This document shows positions 1 to 10,387 of a stretch of DNA of 64,000 nucleotides, piece after piece; the first letter of the stretch is position 1, and each line of letters begins with the position of its first letter. This DNA is from Geopsychrobacteraceae bacterium (GTDB lineage: Bacteria > Desulfobacterota > Desulfuromonadia > Desulfuromonadales > Geopsychrobacteraceae). A model generated the notes under the pieces. The model saw only the letters and a list, made by a program, of their open reading frames with translations. It had not been told where the DNA came from and searched no databases. Both the position numbers and the translations under genes were made by a program. Location: assembly GCA_963676795.2 (NCBI GenBank), contig CAXXTB010000002.1, positions 480,001 to 544,000 on the forward strand. Reading direction: 5' to 3'.

Positions 1-85
1 GGCCGCTGAAGAGGATCACCTCGGTATAGAGGAACAGCCACATCCCGAAGCGGGCACCGGTGTCGTCGCGATGTTCAATACTCAT
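1..85 (-). CDS. coxC: Cytochrome c oxidase subunit III, N-terminal part (runs off the window edge)
   Basis: Manual translation MSIEHRDDTGARFGMWLFLYTEVILFSG carries the GMWLFL.TE motif of subunit III; start overlaps the coxI stop; missing from the ORF track. Confidence 0.85.
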   Translation of the reverse strand, partial: MSIEHRDDTGARFGMWLFLYTEVILFSG

Positions 86-1700
86 CGGCTACCACTCCTT
101 TGAAGTCGTAGGGGCCTTTGGTGACAACCGGATCTTCCGGGCCAAAGTTGTCCATCGGCGGCGGGGAGGGGATCTGCCATTCCAGGGTTGCCGCCCCCCA
201 GGGGTTGTTGCCGACCACGGCTCCTTTGCGCACCCCGCGCCACAGGTTGTTGAACATCATGATCAGGCCGATGGCCATGACCCAGGAGCCCAGGGTGGCG
301 ACCACATTCAGCGTGGTGAATTCCGGCAGGTAGTCGTAATAGCGGCGCGGCATTCCCTGAATACCGACCGCCTGCATTGCCATGTAGGTGACGTTGAAAC
401 CGACAAACAGCAAGGCAAAGGCGATCACCGCGATCCTGTGGTTGTACATCCTTCCGGTATATTTCGGCAGCCAGTAGTGCAGGGCGGCGAAGAAGGCGAA
501 GCCGAGGCCGCCGAACATGGTGTAGTGGAAATGACCGACGACGAAGTAGGTGTCGTGCAGATGGATATCGGCAGCCGCAGCACCAAGGGCCAGACCGCCG
601 AGGCCGCCGATCGAGAAGTTGAAGATAAAGCCGAGGGCGAAGAGCATCGGCGGAGCAAGCTGGATCGAGCCTTTATAGAGGGTGGTGATCCAGTTGAAGA
701 CCTTGATGGCGCTGGGGATAGCGACGATAAAGGTCAGAAAGGAGAAAACCAGGACGGCGAAATCGCTCATGCCGCTGGTGTACATGTGGTGAGCCCAGAC
801 CAGCGAGCCGGCAAAGGCGATGGTCAGGCTCGAAACGGCCACCGCCCAGTAGCCAAACAGCGGCTTGCGGGCGAAGGTCGGGATGATCTCGGAGATAACC
901 CCCATGCCGGGCAGGATCATGATGTAGACGGCCGGGTGAGAATAGATCCAGAACAGGTGCTGGAACATGACCGGGTCACCGCCGCGGGCGGCGTCGAACA
1001 GGCCCGCGCCGAAGGTCCGCTCAAGGATGACCAGCACCAGGGTAATGCCCAGCATCGGTGTGGCCAGGACCTGGATCCAGGCCGTGGCGTAGAGGCTCCA
1101 GACGAACATCGGCAGGCGGCCCCAGGTCATCCCCTTGGCACGCAGCCGGTGAATGGTGGTGACAAAGTTGATACCGGTCAGAATGGATGACATGCCGAGC
1201 ATGAAGGCCGCCATCGCCGCCAGGCTGACGTTGGTATGGGTCTGGGTGCTGAACGGTACATAGAAGGTCCAGCCGGTGTCGGGCGCGCCGTCGCCGGAAA
1301 ATATGGCGACGACGGCGAGGATTGCGCCGATCACGTAACAGTACCAGGAGAGCAGGTTGACCTTCGGAAAGGAAACATCGCGCGCACCGAGCTGGATCGG
1401 CAACACCAGGTTGCCGAAGGCCGCGGGGACGCTGGGGATGATAAACAGGAAGATCATGATGATGCCATGGACCGTAAATGTCGCATTGTAGGTCTGGGCT
1501 TTCATGATCGTTACCCCGGGGGCGATCAGCTCGAGGCGGATCAGCAGTCCGAGACAGGCGGCGACGATGAACATCGCCAGGATGCAGCACAGGTACATGA
1601 TGCCGATCCGTTTGTGGTCGGTCGACAACAGCCAGCCGAGAATCCCGGAGCGCGGACTGTCGGTGTAAAAACCTTTATTTGTCAGAGTCGTTTCGGTCAT
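75..1700 (-). CDS. coxA: Cytochrome c oxidase subunit I, A2-type heme-copper oxidase
   Basis: DHKRIG, GWTFY, FWIYSHPAVY (YS signature of A2), WAHHM, HFHY and GMPRRY motifs; start placed at MTETTL (1700). Confidence 0.97.
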   Translation of the reverse strand: MTETTLTNKGFYTDSPRSGILGWLLSTDHKRIGIMYLCCILAMFIVAACLGLLIRLELIAPGVTIMKAQTYNATFTVHGIIMIFLFIIPSVPAAFGNLVLPIQLGARDVSFPKVNLLSWYCYVIGAILAVVAIFSGDGAPDTGWTFYVPFSTQTHTNVSLAAMAAFMLGMSSILTGINFVTTIHRLRAKGMTWGRLPMFVWSLYATAWIQVLATPMLGITLVLVILERTFGAGLFDAARGGDPVMFQHLFWIYSHPAVYIMILPGMGVISEIIPTFARKPLFGYWAVAVSSLTIAFAGSLVWAHHMYTSGMSDFAVLVFSFLTFIVAIPSAIKVFNWITTLYKGSIQLAPPMLFALGFIFNFSIGGLGGLALGAAAADIHLHDTYFVVGHFHYTMFGGLGFAFFAALHYWLPKYTGRMYNHRIAVIAFALLFVGFNVTYMAMQAVGIQGMPRRYYDYLPEFTTLNVVATLGSWVMAIGLIMMFNNLWRGVRKGAVVGNNPWGAATLEWQIPSPPPMDNFGPEDPVVTKGPYDFKGVVADEY

Positions 1701-2487
1701 TTTTCTTCTTTCTCCCGCCAAGGATCAGAAAAAGCAAAAAACTGCCCAGGGTTATCAGAATCACTGTTGCGCTGACACGCATCAGGTTGAAGACATAGCG
1801 GCGTCCTTCCGGGTCATAGCTGAAACAGAACTGCAACGCTTTCTGCAACGGTTTGCCGATCCGTCCTTCGCTCGCCTCGACCAGCGCCATTGACAGGTCT
1901 ATCGGTGAAAAGCGCTGACCGATCAGGTAGCGGACGATTGTTCCGTCTTTGGCAACGATGATCGCCGCAACAGGATGAAGGAAGTCATCTTTTTCTTTGG
2001 TGAAATAGTAGCCCAGACTGTCAGTCAGCCTGAGAATATCCTCCTGCTTGCCGGTCAGGAATGTCCAGGCATCAGGAGGAAAGGTTTCCGAGCGCATGGC
2101 GGTCAGGAAGGTTTTTTTACTATGCGCCGCCATGGCCGTTGTTTCGCTCGGGTCGAAGCTGAAGGTGATAACGTTGTAGTCCTCGCCAGGCGTCAGTTTG
2201 ACGTCGGGCAGGACTTCGGCAAGACCACCGAGCATAAAATTGCAGACATTCCGGCAGTTGTAGAAGACCGGTACAATCAGGGTCGGGCGGTCGATCAGAT
2301 CTTCGAGACGGACGGACTGCCCCAGAGAGTCAACGAAGGTTGTTTCCCCCGCGATCGGTTTGCCTAACTGTTCGACCAGTTCGACGCGCCCCTCATAAGC
2401 AAATATCGAAAACGGCGTGCCCAGCAGAATGAGGATGGTCAGTATCAACAGGCGCAAAGGTCGTTCCTTTCCCGCGTTGGTGGCCAT
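1675..2487 (-). CDS. SCO1/SenC family copper chaperone
   Basis: CxxxC (YNCRNVC), conserved His (FLHP), C-terminal TM segment; first gene of the cox operon. Confidence 0.9.
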   Translation of the reverse strand: MATNAGKERPLRLLILTILILLGTPFSIFAYEGRVELVEQLGKPIAGETTFVDSLGQSVRLEDLIDRPTLIVPVFYNCRNVCNFMLGGLAEVLPDVKLTPGEDYNVITFSFDPSETTAMAAHSKKTFLTAMRSETFPPDAWTFLTGKQEDILRLTDSLGYYFTKEKDDFLHPVAAIIVAKDGTIVRYLIGQRFSPIDLSMALVEASEGRIGKPLQKALQFCFSYDPEGRRYVFNLMRVSATVILITLGSFLLFLILGGRKKKNDRNDSDK

Positions 2488-2604
2488 AGACGGACACTTT
2501 GAATATGAATAGTTAAGTATGAAAGATTATTAAATATTAGCGAACAAGTGTAAAATTGTAAACAGTCTGAAGAGCGGGATCTGGTTTCCCGTCAGAAATA
2601 GCAG

Positions 2605-2634
2605 TTGTCAGCGACTCCATGCGGACGCTATAAA
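2605..2634 (+). promoter_or_regulatory. Candidate sigma70 promoter for the slyX operon
   Basis: TTGTCA-N18-TATAAA upstream of an AAGGAG RBS. Confidence 0.45.
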
Positions 2635-2654
2635 TGATCGGTCAAAGGAGATAA

Positions 2655-2852
2655 ATGATGACAGAAGAACTGGAACAACGATTAATCGATCTGGAGATCC
2701 GCTACAGCTTTATAGAGGAACAGGTTGAGGAACTCAATCAGATCGTCACCAGCTGTAACCTGCAGATCGATCGCCTGCAGAAAGAGAACCTGGCCCTGCG
2801 TGAAATGCTCAAGAGCCTCTCCCCCTCGCTCGAGGAGTCTCCGGATGAGTAA
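2655..2852 (+). CDS. slyX: SlyX family protein
   Basis: LEQRLIDLEIRYSFIEEQVEELN coiled coil typical of SlyX; strong RBS. Confidence 0.8.
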   Translation: MMTEELEQRLIDLEIRYSFIEEQVEELNQIVTSCNLQIDRLQKENLALREMLKSLSPSLEESPDE

Positions 2853-3378
2853 GTCCTCAGGGGGGCAGCCACTGCAACGTGTTTTCTTTGAAGCCGTTGT
2901 CATTGCGGTTCTGGCTACAGCCATCGGCCTGGGGCTCAACTATCGCATGATGATCGATGCATTTGCCGGGCGTTCTCTGGCCGTATCGACCTCGCCCCAG
3001 CAGATCAAGCAGCCTCACAGCGAAGCTCAAGGCACTGCAATCTTTCCGGCTCCGGCCACTCTGGATGAAATCGATGAGCTGGTCGCTGATGGGGCGGTGC
3101 TGATCGATGCGCGTAACACAGAAGTTTTTTCCGCCGGCCATCTGGCCGATGCCGTGTCGCTGCCTTTTTCCGGGGAACAGACCGATCTGGATTGGTTCCG
3201 TAGGCGGTTTGACACTCAGACGACCCTGGTGACCTATTGCAGCGGCTATGGCTGTCCCGATTCCTATTCACTCGCCGAACTGCTGATCAAGGCCGGTTAT
3301 CAGGATGTCATGGTCTACGAAGGGGGCTATCCGGAATGGCGTGACAGCGGGCGGGCGATTGAAAAAGGCGAAAAATGA
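2845..3378 (+). CDS. Membrane-anchored rhodanese-like domain protein
   Basis: N-terminal TM, IDAR...GHL.DA, YCSGYGC active-site loop, YEGGYPEW; likely start at ATG 2845 overlapping the slyX end. Confidence 0.88.
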   Translation: MSKSSGGQPLQRVFFEAVVIAVLATAIGLGLNYRMMIDAFAGRSLAVSTSPQQIKQPHSEAQGTAIFPAPATLDEIDELVADGAVLIDARNTEVFSAGHLADAVSLPFSGEQTDLDWFRRRFDTQTTLVTYCSGYGCPDSYSLAELLIKAGYQDVMVYEGGYPEWRDSGRAIEKGEK

Positions 3379-3818
3379 ACTATAAAAAATACCTCTACCA
3401 TGGCAGCAGGATGCTGATCGCCCTGGTGTTTCTCTATGCCGGATCGATGAAAGCTCAGGATATTGTTGCTTTCGCCGGGCAGATTGCCCAGTATCAGTTG
3501 CTCCCTTACGCCTGGAATTATGTGGTTGCCGGCATTCTCCCTTACCTGGAACTGCTGTGCGGGGTTCTGCTGCTGGTCAACCAGCGGGTCCGGCCGGCCA
3601 CCCTGGTGCTTTTTGTTCTCAACCTGATGTTTATCGCGGTGCTGGCCTCCGCTGTAATCCGTGGTTTCGATATCGACTGCGGCTGTTTCAATTCCGCAGC
3701 GCAGTACCCGACAACGCCGCTCACTGCTCTGCTGCGCGATGTCGGGCTGATGGTCCTGATGATCCTGACCTGGGTGCTGGCTGACAACCAGGAGCAAGCT
3801 GCTGCGGAGGGGGACTGA
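3375..3818 (+). CDS. MauE/DoxX family redox-associated membrane protein
   Basis: Four TM segments, LPYLELLCG, RGFDIDCGCF motif; ATGA overlap with the rhodanese gene. Confidence 0.88.
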   Translation: MNYKKYLYHGSRMLIALVFLYAGSMKAQDIVAFAGQIAQYQLLPYAWNYVVAGILPYLELLCGVLLLVNQRVRPATLVLFVLNLMFIAVLASAVIRGFDIDCGCFNSAAQYPTTPLTALLRDVGLMVLMILTWVLADNQEQAAAEGD

Positions 3819-4864
3819 TGGCGGTCAGCGGTTGGCAGCAGCAATTGAAGGAGAGCCTGACCTCGGTCGATGAACTGGCCCGGCGTTTCGGCATCGACCC
3901 TCTGCCTCTGCGCGAGGCCGCGGAGCGTTACCCGTTCAAGATCACGCCCCATTACCTGGGTCTGATCGAAACGGTCGGTGATCCGATCTGGAAACAGGCC
4001 GTTCCTGACGAGCGCGAACTGGAAAGTGACGGACTGGTCGATCCGCTTGGGGAGGAGAACCTCTCGCCGGTTGCCTCGGTGATCCATCGCTATCCCGACC
4101 GGGTGATCCTGCTCGCCTCGGGCAGTTGCGCTGGCTACTGCCGCTTCTGTACCCGCAAGCGCAAGGTTGGCTGTGCCGATATGGCGATCAGCTTTCGCGA
4201 GTTGCGCGAGGGGATCGACTATATCGAGGCAACCCCGCAGATCAAGGATGTCATCCTCTCCGGCGGTGACCCGCTGGTGCTCCCCGATTCCGTGCTGGAA
4301 GATCTGCTCCGCCGTGTCACTGAGATCCCCCATGTCGAGATCGTCCGTATCGGCACCCGGGTTCCTGTGACCCTGCCGCAGCGGATCGATGAGAAGCTCT
4401 GCACCATGCTGAAAAAATATCAGCCGCTCTATATCAATACCCATTTTAACCATCCGCGCGAGCTGAGTGCTGAGTCTTCCAAAGCCTGTAACATGCTCGC
4501 CGATGCGGGGATCGTCCTGGGCAACCAGACCGTGCTGCTGCGCGGGGTCAACGACACGCCACAGGTGATTGCCGAGCTGTTCCGAGGCCTGTTGCGGCTG
4601 CGCGTGCGCCCTTATTACCTGCACCATATGGACCTGGTGCGTGGTGCCGGGCATTTCCGCACCTCGGTCGAAACCGGCCTGAGAATTGTCCATGCCCTGC
4701 GTGGTAAGCTGTCCGGTCTTGGTCTGCCGCACTATGTCATCGACCTGCCGGGAGGCAAGGGGAAGGTGCCGCTAGTTCCCAACGCGGTCAAACGCCAGGG
4801 TGATCTGCTGTTGATCCGCACCGCAGGCGGCGAGATCGTCGAATACCCCGATCTGCCGGATTAA
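3818..4864 (+). CDS. KamA family radical SAM protein (lysine 2,3-aminomutase-like)
   Basis: HRYPDR, CAGYCRFCTRKR, SGGDPL, HFNHPRE, NQTVLLRGVND, PYY, PGGKGKVP (PLP lysine). Confidence 0.95.
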   Translation: MAVSGWQQQLKESLTSVDELARRFGIDPLPLREAAERYPFKITPHYLGLIETVGDPIWKQAVPDERELESDGLVDPLGEENLSPVASVIHRYPDRVILLASGSCAGYCRFCTRKRKVGCADMAISFRELREGIDYIEATPQIKDVILSGGDPLVLPDSVLEDLLRRVTEIPHVEIVRIGTRVPVTLPQRIDEKLCTMLKKYQPLYINTHFNHPRELSAESSKACNMLADAGIVLGNQTVLLRGVNDTPQVIAELFRGLLRLRVRPYYLHHMDLVRGAGHFRTSVETGLRIVHALRGKLSGLGLPHYVIDLPGGKGKVPLVPNAVKRQGDLLLIRTAGGEIVEYPDLPD

Positions 4865-4881
4865 GCATTATCGGCAATTGT

Positions 4882-4929
4882 TCCTTCTCCCTCAGGGAGA
4901 AGGTGCCCCAACGGGGCGGATGAGGGGAA
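4882..4929. repeat. REP-like double-hairpin element between convergent genes
   Basis: CCTTCTCCCT-C-AGGGAGAAGG palindrome followed by GCCCC-AAC-GGGGC and GGATGAGGG. Confidence 0.6.
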
Positions 4930-4932
4930 ACT

Positions 4933-5451
4933 CTACCGCGGTTTTTTCGGCCCCGGGGCGGAGTTCCTTCCAAGACGCGTGTCCAGCGAGTCGATCCAGC
5001 CCGCTTTGGCTTCGGGGAAGGCATCGGCGTATGGGACGTAGGGTTTGATATCCAGTATCGGTGTGCCATCGAGCAGATCGACTCCATGCAGGTACAGGGT
5101 CCTCCCTTCGATCTTGATCAGTTCAACCGATGACAGGCCGAGTGAATTGGGCCGGTGGGGGGACCTGGTCGCCAGAACGCCCCGTTTCGGGCCGCCGCGC
5201 GGCGGTTTGACGCGACTCTTCCACCCCTGGTTGAGATGAAAGACGAAGATCAGCCAGAGCCGGTCAAAACCATCAAGATCTTTCAACGCCAGCTCATCAA
5301 CCCAAGGCTCAAGCTCCAGTGTCGCCGTCTCAAATTCACCGCTTTCAGTTCCTTCTGCAACGGTACTCTGGTGTGGAGCATCGATCCGTTTGGCATAGGG
5401 CGATTTCAGAAAGCCGATCGGCTCATAGCTGTAGGTCTTGGTCTGCGTCAT
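4933..5451 (-). CDS. tsaA: tRNA (N6-threonylcarbamoyladenosine-37) methyltransferase TrmO/TsaA
   Basis: PIG..KSPY, GVLATRSPHRPNSLGLS and DLLDGTPILDIKPY motifs. Confidence 0.92.
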   Translation of the reverse strand: MTQTKTYSYEPIGFLKSPYAKRIDAPHQSTVAEGTESGEFETATLELEPWVDELALKDLDGFDRLWLIFVFHLNQGWKSRVKPPRGGPKRGVLATRSPHRPNSLGLSSVELIKIEGRTLYLHGVDLLDGTPILDIKPYVPYADAFPEAKAGWIDSLDTRLGRNSAPGPKKPR

Positions 5452-5657
5452 CTCGTCTTATGTTTCCGTTTGTTGATTCGTTGCTGGATCATAGGAGAAT
5501 TCAGTCGGTGAAACAAGCAGATCTCTCGGTCGCCGGCATCTTCTGAAAATGTATTTATGTGATATGTTTTCCCATTTATGCTATTTTTTTGCGTGTAACT
5601 GATCCTGACAGCTCTTTTGCGGGACTGTCACAGGTTTATATCATAAGGAGATAACGG

Positions 5658-6833
5658 ATGAGAGAGGTAGTTGTAGTTTCGGCGGTACGCACCGCAATCG
5701 GCACTTTTGGTGGCAAACTCAAGGACGTCAGCGCCACCGACCTGGGCGCCCATGTCATCAGGGCGGCGATGGGTAAGGTTGATCTCGATCCGGCCAGCGT
5801 CGAAGAGGTTATTATGGGGAGTGTCATTCAGGCTGGCCTGGGACCGAATGTCGCCCGTCTGGCCAGTATCAAGGCGGGGCTGCCGGAGGTGATCCCGTCG
5901 ATGACCGTCAACAAACTCTGTGCTTCGGGCTTGAAGTCGGTGATTCTGGCGTCCCAGGCGATTGCTCTGGGGGATGCCGATATCATCGTTGCCGGCGGCA
6001 CCGAGAATATGAGCATGGCCCCCTACCTGTTGCCGAACGGGCGTTTCGGTTACCGCATGGGCAACGCCCAGACCTACGATTCGATGCTCCATGACGGGTT
6101 GGTCTGCGGGATCAGGGATATCCACATGGGGATGACCGCGGAGAATATCGCCGCGCGCTGGGGGATCAGCCGCGAGGAGCAGGACGCTTTTGCCGCCTGG
6201 AGCCAGAACAAGACCGAAGCTGCGCAGAAGAGTGGCCGCTTTGCCGATGAGATCGTGCCGCTGGAGATTCAGCAGAAGCGCGAAACCGTTCTCTTTGATA
6301 GCGACGAGTTTCCCCGCCATGGTGCTACTGCCGAAGCTCTTGCCAAGCTCAAGCCGGCATTCAAAGCCGATGGCAGTGTCACCGCGGGTAATGCTTCAGG
6401 GGTCAACGATGGCGCTGCCGCACTGGTGCTGATGAGCGCCGAAAAAGCCGCGCAGCTTGGCCTGAAGGTGCTGGGACGGATCGTTGCCGGGGCATCCTCA
6501 GCGGTCGATCCGGCGATCATGGGGGTCGGGCCGATCGATGCGACCCGTAAAGCGCTCAAGAAGGCGAACTGGACCATCGGCGATCTCGACCTGATCGAAT
6601 CGAACGAAGCCTTTGCCGCCCAGTCGCTGGCGGTCGCCAGGGATCTGGAGTTCGACATGAGCAAGGTCAACGTCAACGGCGGTGCCATTGCTCTCGGCCA
6701 TCCGGTCGGCTGCAGCGGGGCCCGGATCCTGGTCACCCTGCTTCACGAGATGAACAAGCGTGGCCTGAAGAAGGGGCTGTCGACCCTCTGTGTCGGCGGT
6801 GGGCAGGGTGTTGCCCTGCTGGTTGAACGCTAG
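5658..6833 (+). CDS. Acetyl-CoA C-acetyltransferase (thiolase)
   Basis: [21 protein letters not shown] and LCVGGGQG catalytic motifs. Confidence 0.97.
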   Translation: MREVVVVSAVRTAIGTFGGKLKDVSATDLGAHVIRAAMGKVDLDPASVEEVIMGSVIQAGLGPNVARLASIKAGLPEVIPSMTVNKLCASGLKSVILASQAIALGDADIIVAGGTENMSMAPYLLPNGRFGYRMGNAQTYDSMLHDGLVCGIRDIHMGMTAENIAARWGISREEQDAFAAWSQNKTEAAQKSGRFADEIVPLEIQQKRETVLFDSDEFPRHGATAEALAKLKPAFKADGSVTAGNASGVNDGAAALVLMSAEKAAQLGLKVLGRIVAGASSAVDPAIMGVGPIDATRKALKKANWTIGDLDLIESNEAFAAQSLAVARDLEFDMSKVNVNGGAIALGHPVGCSGARILVTLLHEMNKRGLKKGLSTLCVGGGQGVALLVER

Positions 6834-6845
6834 CGATTGGCTGAA

Positions 6846-6877
6846 GGCCTTCGGTTCGACCGGAGGCCGTTCTTTTC
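6846..6877 (+). terminator. Rho-independent terminator after the thiolase
   Basis: GGCCTTCGGT-TCG-ACCGGAGGCC hairpin followed by a T-rich tract. Confidence 0.7.
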
Positions 6878-7022
6878 TGTCTGGCTTGAAAAGGTATCAG
6901 GTCTTGCGCTTTATCAGTATGCTCCATCACAAGAGCTGATCCTATTTTTCTGTCAGCTATGATCCCGCTACCAGTATTTTTGATGCTGTTGAATAACGGT
7001 CAGGATGGCCAGAATCCCCCAT

Positions 7023-7063
7023 AAAAAAATCCAGCTCGGGAGGTTGGCCAAGCTGGATAAAAA
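7023..7063 (-). terminator. Terminator of the CitMHS/AtuA-like operon
   Basis: ATCCAGCT...AGCTGGAT stem with a T7 tail on the minus strand. Confidence 0.7.
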
Positions 7064-7116
7064 CAGGACGCTTCGAGCTGAACCTGTACGCAGATTATTC
7101 CAAGGGAGCTTAGAAG

Positions 7117-7437
7117 TTAAGCATCAAGTTCGATTTCTAGATTCAACAGGGCGGAACTCAGCGACTTGCCGTGGGTATCCAGGGCCAAAGACGATGTGAC
7201 GCCGCCACAGAGGGCTTTTTTCAGGACGAAGTTGAAGCTTGAAATTTGCGGCATTTCGTAGCGAACAACCTCTCCTTTGGCGAGGTTCTCAAAATGCTTC
7301 CTGACGACCTCTGCTGTGACTTTTTCCTTAAGTTGTGCATAGTCACTTTCATTGTAAGGGATCAGGGAGATATTAGACGTGTCTCCCTTATCGCCGGTTC
7401 TTGCATGTGCCAGTTGCCAGAGTTTGATTGTCGCCAT
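7117..7437 (-). CDS. Small AtuA-related protein (homologous to the AtuA C-terminal domain)
   Basis: LAHARTGDKGD...NFVL..AL.GG..SSL.LD.HGK motif. Confidence 0.85.
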   Translation of the reverse strand: MATIKLWQLAHARTGDKGDTSNISLIPYNESDYAQLKEKVTAEVVRKHFENLAKGEVVRYEMPQISSFNFVLKKALCGGVTSSLALDTHGKSLSSALLNLEIELDA

Positions 7438-7440
7438 GAC

Positions 7441-8796
7441 TTATACCTCCTCGATGACTAATTGCGGAACGGTAAGGTCGCGTGGAATGAAGGCGGACAT
7501 AACAGCGACAATCTCCCGAGTGGCTTTTGTTGCACCACCACCTCCTGCCGGTCCATTGGTGTACAAGGTTTCGACTTCACGACCGATCAGTGCGGCATCT
7601 TTGAGGTTTGCCGTTTTTGCCGCAACGCGCATAACCACTTCATAGGGCTCGAAGTTGTCCAGATCTGAAGCTTCGCGATGCAGTGAGTTGACACCGACCA
7701 GGTCAAAGCGAATTTCAGAATAATTGGCGCCGATGATCTCAAGGCGTTCCTTGACCGTTTCGATCGCCAGTTTAGCGCGGGCAACGGCTCCTGGCCCTGC
7801 ATAGCCGATGGAGCCTTCGCCGATATAACCACCGTGATAACCGATGCTGACCTTTAACTGGTCCGGCCTCTGCTCACCGTTGCCGCCGCTGATCTGGACT
7901 CTGTCTTTGTCGATCTGTTCAAAACGGACCTGGGAAAAATCCGCCTTGACGTCAGGGGTCATGTAGCAGGTCGGGTCGTGGATCTCGTAGATCAGTTGTT
8001 CTTTGCAGGTCGAGGTATCGACCTTGCCGCCGGCGGCTTCCAGCTTTGTGACAACAGCATCTCCGTTGCTACTGACTTCCATGTAGGGAAAACCCAGTCG
8101 GGCAAAGTTCGGGACATCCTTCTTGCCGGGCTCGGCATAGTAGCCACCGGTGATTTGACCGCCACACTCAAGCAGGTGGCCAATGACGGTTCCTTTGCCG
8201 AGCAGTGGCCAGTCCTGCAAGTCCCAGCCAAACTCATGAATCAGCGGTGCCAGAAACAAGGCCGGATCGGAGACACGGCCGGTGATCACCACATCCGCGC
8301 CCTGTTCAAGGGCTGGAAGAATGCTTTCAACGCCCAGGTAAGCATTGGCGGAGACAATGTTATCCAGTGACTCGCTCAAAGGTTTTCCTGTCTCAAGCAA
8401 ATCCGGATCAAGCTTCTTGATCGGTTCTGCGACGTCATCACCGAAAACGGCTGCAATCTTCAGTCCTTTGAGATTGTGCTTGCGGGCGATCTCCAGGGTT
8501 TTGGCCAAGGCGGCTTGCGGGTTGGCTGCGCCCATATTGGTAATGAGTTTGACCTTGTTTGCATAGCACAGTGGCAGAATACGCTCCATCCGCTCTTCAA
8601 GCAGAGGGTCATAACCCAGCTGCGGATTATTTTTTTTTCTCAGTTGGGCCAAAGCGATGGTTCTTTCGGCCAGACACTCAAAGCTGATGTAATCAAGTCT
8701 ATTGCTTCTGACCAGTTCTTCTGCTGGTTCTATCCGGTCACCCGAATATCCCGCTCCAGAACCGATGAATATTGTTTTCTTCTGTTGTCCTGACAT
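7441..8796 (-). CDS. Acyclic terpene utilization AtuA family protein (DUF1446)
   Basis: GAGYSGDR, FECLAERT, SANAYLG, GHLLECGGQITGG and EQLIYEIHDP motifs. Confidence 0.92.
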   Translation of the reverse strand: MSGQQKKTIFIGSGAGYSGDRIEPAEELVRSNRLDYISFECLAERTIALAQLRKKNNPQLGYDPLLEERMERILPLCYANKVKLITNMGAANPQAALAKTLEIARKHNLKGLKIAAVFGDDVAEPIKKLDPDLLETGKPLSESLDNIVSANAYLGVESILPALEQGADVVITGRVSDPALFLAPLIHEFGWDLQDWPLLGKGTVIGHLLECGGQITGGYYAEPGKKDVPNFARLGFPYMEVSSNGDAVVTKLEAAGGKVDTSTCKEQLIYEIHDPTCYMTPDVKADFSQVRFEQIDKDRVQISGGNGEQRPDQLKVSIGYHGGYIGEGSIGYAGPGAVARAKLAIETVKERLEIIGANYSEIRFDLVGVNSLHREASDLDNFEPYEVVMRVAAKTANLKDAALIGREVETLYTNGPAGGGGATKATREIVAVMSAFIPRDLTVPQLVIEEV

Positions 8797-8818
8797 TGAA
8801 TCTACTCCTGTCTTTTTA

Positions 8819-10117
8819 CTAAAGCGTTATCGCACCGATCAGGACGGCGACAACTGTCATGACGATGGTCACGAGGAAGGCCAGCGGAATGGTCTTTTTC
8901 TGATGATCTCCCAAGTCGACCCCGGCGAGGCCGATCAGCAGGAAGGTTGAACCGGTCAACGGGCTGACCGGGAAACCTGTTGTCATCTGACCAAGGATTG
9001 CCGCCCTGGCAATCTCGACACCTGCGACACCAAAGGCTTCAGCGGCAGAGGCAAGAACCGGCAGGACGCCAAAGTAATAGGAATCGGGATCGAACAGCAG
9101 GCTTGCAGGCATCGAGGTTACCGCCGTCATGATCGGCAAATGCCCTCCGACACTGTGTGGGATGAAGGTCACCAGAACTTCGGCCAGTTCTTTGATCATG
9201 CCGGACCCTTTCAGTATCCCGGTAAAGATACCTGCAGCGAAAATGATGGAAATCATCAGAATGGCAGCCTGGCCATGAGCTGTAACGCGGTCCTGCTGCA
9301 TCTTGACATTAGGGTAGTTTACGAGCAGAGCCAGGGCCAGGCCGACGACAAAGACTGCCGGCAGCGGCAGGATCCCCTTGACCAGACAGACAATGGCGAG
9401 AACGGTCAGAATCAGATTGAACAAGAACAGTTTAGGCCGTTTCAGTTCAGAATTATCGTCGAAAAGGTGCTCGTCAAGATTGATCTGGACGTCGCCGGAT
9501 AACTGGCCGATACGTTGTTTTTCGCGCCGGCCGAGCCAGTAGGCGATGACCAGAACACACAGCACGCCAGCGGCAAATGCCGGAGCGACCGGATTAAACA
9601 GATCCTTCATTTCCAGGTGAAGTGAAGTTGCCGCCCGCAGTGTTGGTCCGCCCCAGGGCACGACATTCATCGTTCCCGCACCAAGCGCAGCGATACAGGC
9701 CAGTACCTTGCGATCGATCTGCAGCTTGTCGTAGATCGGCAACATGGCAGGAATACAGACGAGAAAGGTCGATGCACCCGAGCCGTCCAGGTGGGCAACC
9801 ATGGCGATCAGTGCCGTACCTATGGTGATCTTGATTGGATCCTTTCCGCCGAAGCGGATGATACCCTTGATGATCGGGTCGAACATCCCTGCGTCATTCA
9901 TGACGCTAAAGTAAAGAATGGCGAAGGTCAGCATAATACCGGTCGGCGCGACACCTTTCAGGCCGGTCAGCATATGCTTGCCCAGATCAGGACCAAGGCC
10001 GGCGAACAGACCGAAGATGATCGGAACTCCGACCAGGGCGACGATGACCGATGTCCGTTTGGTCATAACGAGAACAAGAAGTACTGCAATAATGCAGAAT
10101 CCCCAGAACGCTAACAT
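8819..10117 (-). CDS. CitMHS family citrate/organic-acid:proton symporter
   Basis: Polytopic membrane protein with FAILYF..M.DAGMFDP, HLDGSGA, PWGGPT and DSYYFG. Confidence 0.92.
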   Translation of the reverse strand: MLAFWGFCIIAVLLVLVMTKRTSVIVALVGVPIIFGLFAGLGPDLGKHMLTGLKGVAPTGIMLTFAILYFSVMNDAGMFDPIIKGIIRFGGKDPIKITIGTALIAMVAHLDGSGASTFLVCIPAMLPIYDKLQIDRKVLACIAALGAGTMNVVPWGGPTLRAATSLHLEMKDLFNPVAPAFAAGVLCVLVIAYWLGRREKQRIGQLSGDVQINLDEHLFDDNSELKRPKLFLFNLILTVLAIVCLVKGILPLPAVFVVGLALALLVNYPNVKMQQDRVTAHGQAAILMISIIFAAGIFTGILKGSGMIKELAEVLVTFIPHSVGGHLPIMTAVTSMPASLLFDPDSYYFGVLPVLASAAEAFGVAGVEIARAAILGQMTTGFPVSPLTGSTFLLIGLAGVDLGDHQKKTIPLAFLVTIVMTVVAVLIGAITL

Positions 10118-10195
10118 ATGAACCTCCTTTGTTCGTTGGCGTTAGCAGATACGATGAAACCTTCGTATCGAAGTGGCAGTGCTGGCCAACATAAG

Positions 10196-10212
10196 AGCAA
10201 TGTCAGTGCCAA
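10196..10212 (-). promoter_or_regulatory. Sigma54 (-24/-12) promoter of the CitMHS/AtuA-like operon
   Basis: Minus strand reads TTGGCAC-TGACA-TTGCT, matching consensus TGGCAC-N5-TTGC, about 80 nt upstream of the start codon. Confidence 0.9.
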
Positions 10213-10274
10213 AATAATTATACTTGTAATTTCAGTATGTTGGAGTTTTACCCGCTGTTTTTTGGATCTGCTTG

Positions 10275-10386
10275 TTCTCAAATATGAGAAGAGGGGCAGG
10301 GCGATTTTGCTAAAAACCGCTTGGATATGGTGTTTATTGTGTTTCTCAGAAATGAGAAAAAAGGTCATGTTTCTCACTTTTGAGAA
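10275..10386. promoter_or_regulatory. Three palindromic candidate enhancer (UAS) sites TTCTCA-N4-TGAGAA
   Basis: Exact copies at 10275-10290, 10343-10358 and 10371-10386, upstream of the sigma54 promoter and next to the activator gene. Confidence 0.8.
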
Positions 10387-10387
10387 A

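Noticed and set aside
60..1190. Long antisense or alternate-frame ORFs (for example 60-1190, 3542-4732, 24816-25934, 36270-37457)
   Set aside because: Shadows of well-supported genes in GC-rich, codon-biased DNA; no recognisable motifs
3818..4864. KamA protein as EpmB for the EF-P-like gene in this window
   Set aside because: The genes are 47 kb apart, no epmA is adjacent, and this EF-P paralog has Arg rather than Lys at the loop tip
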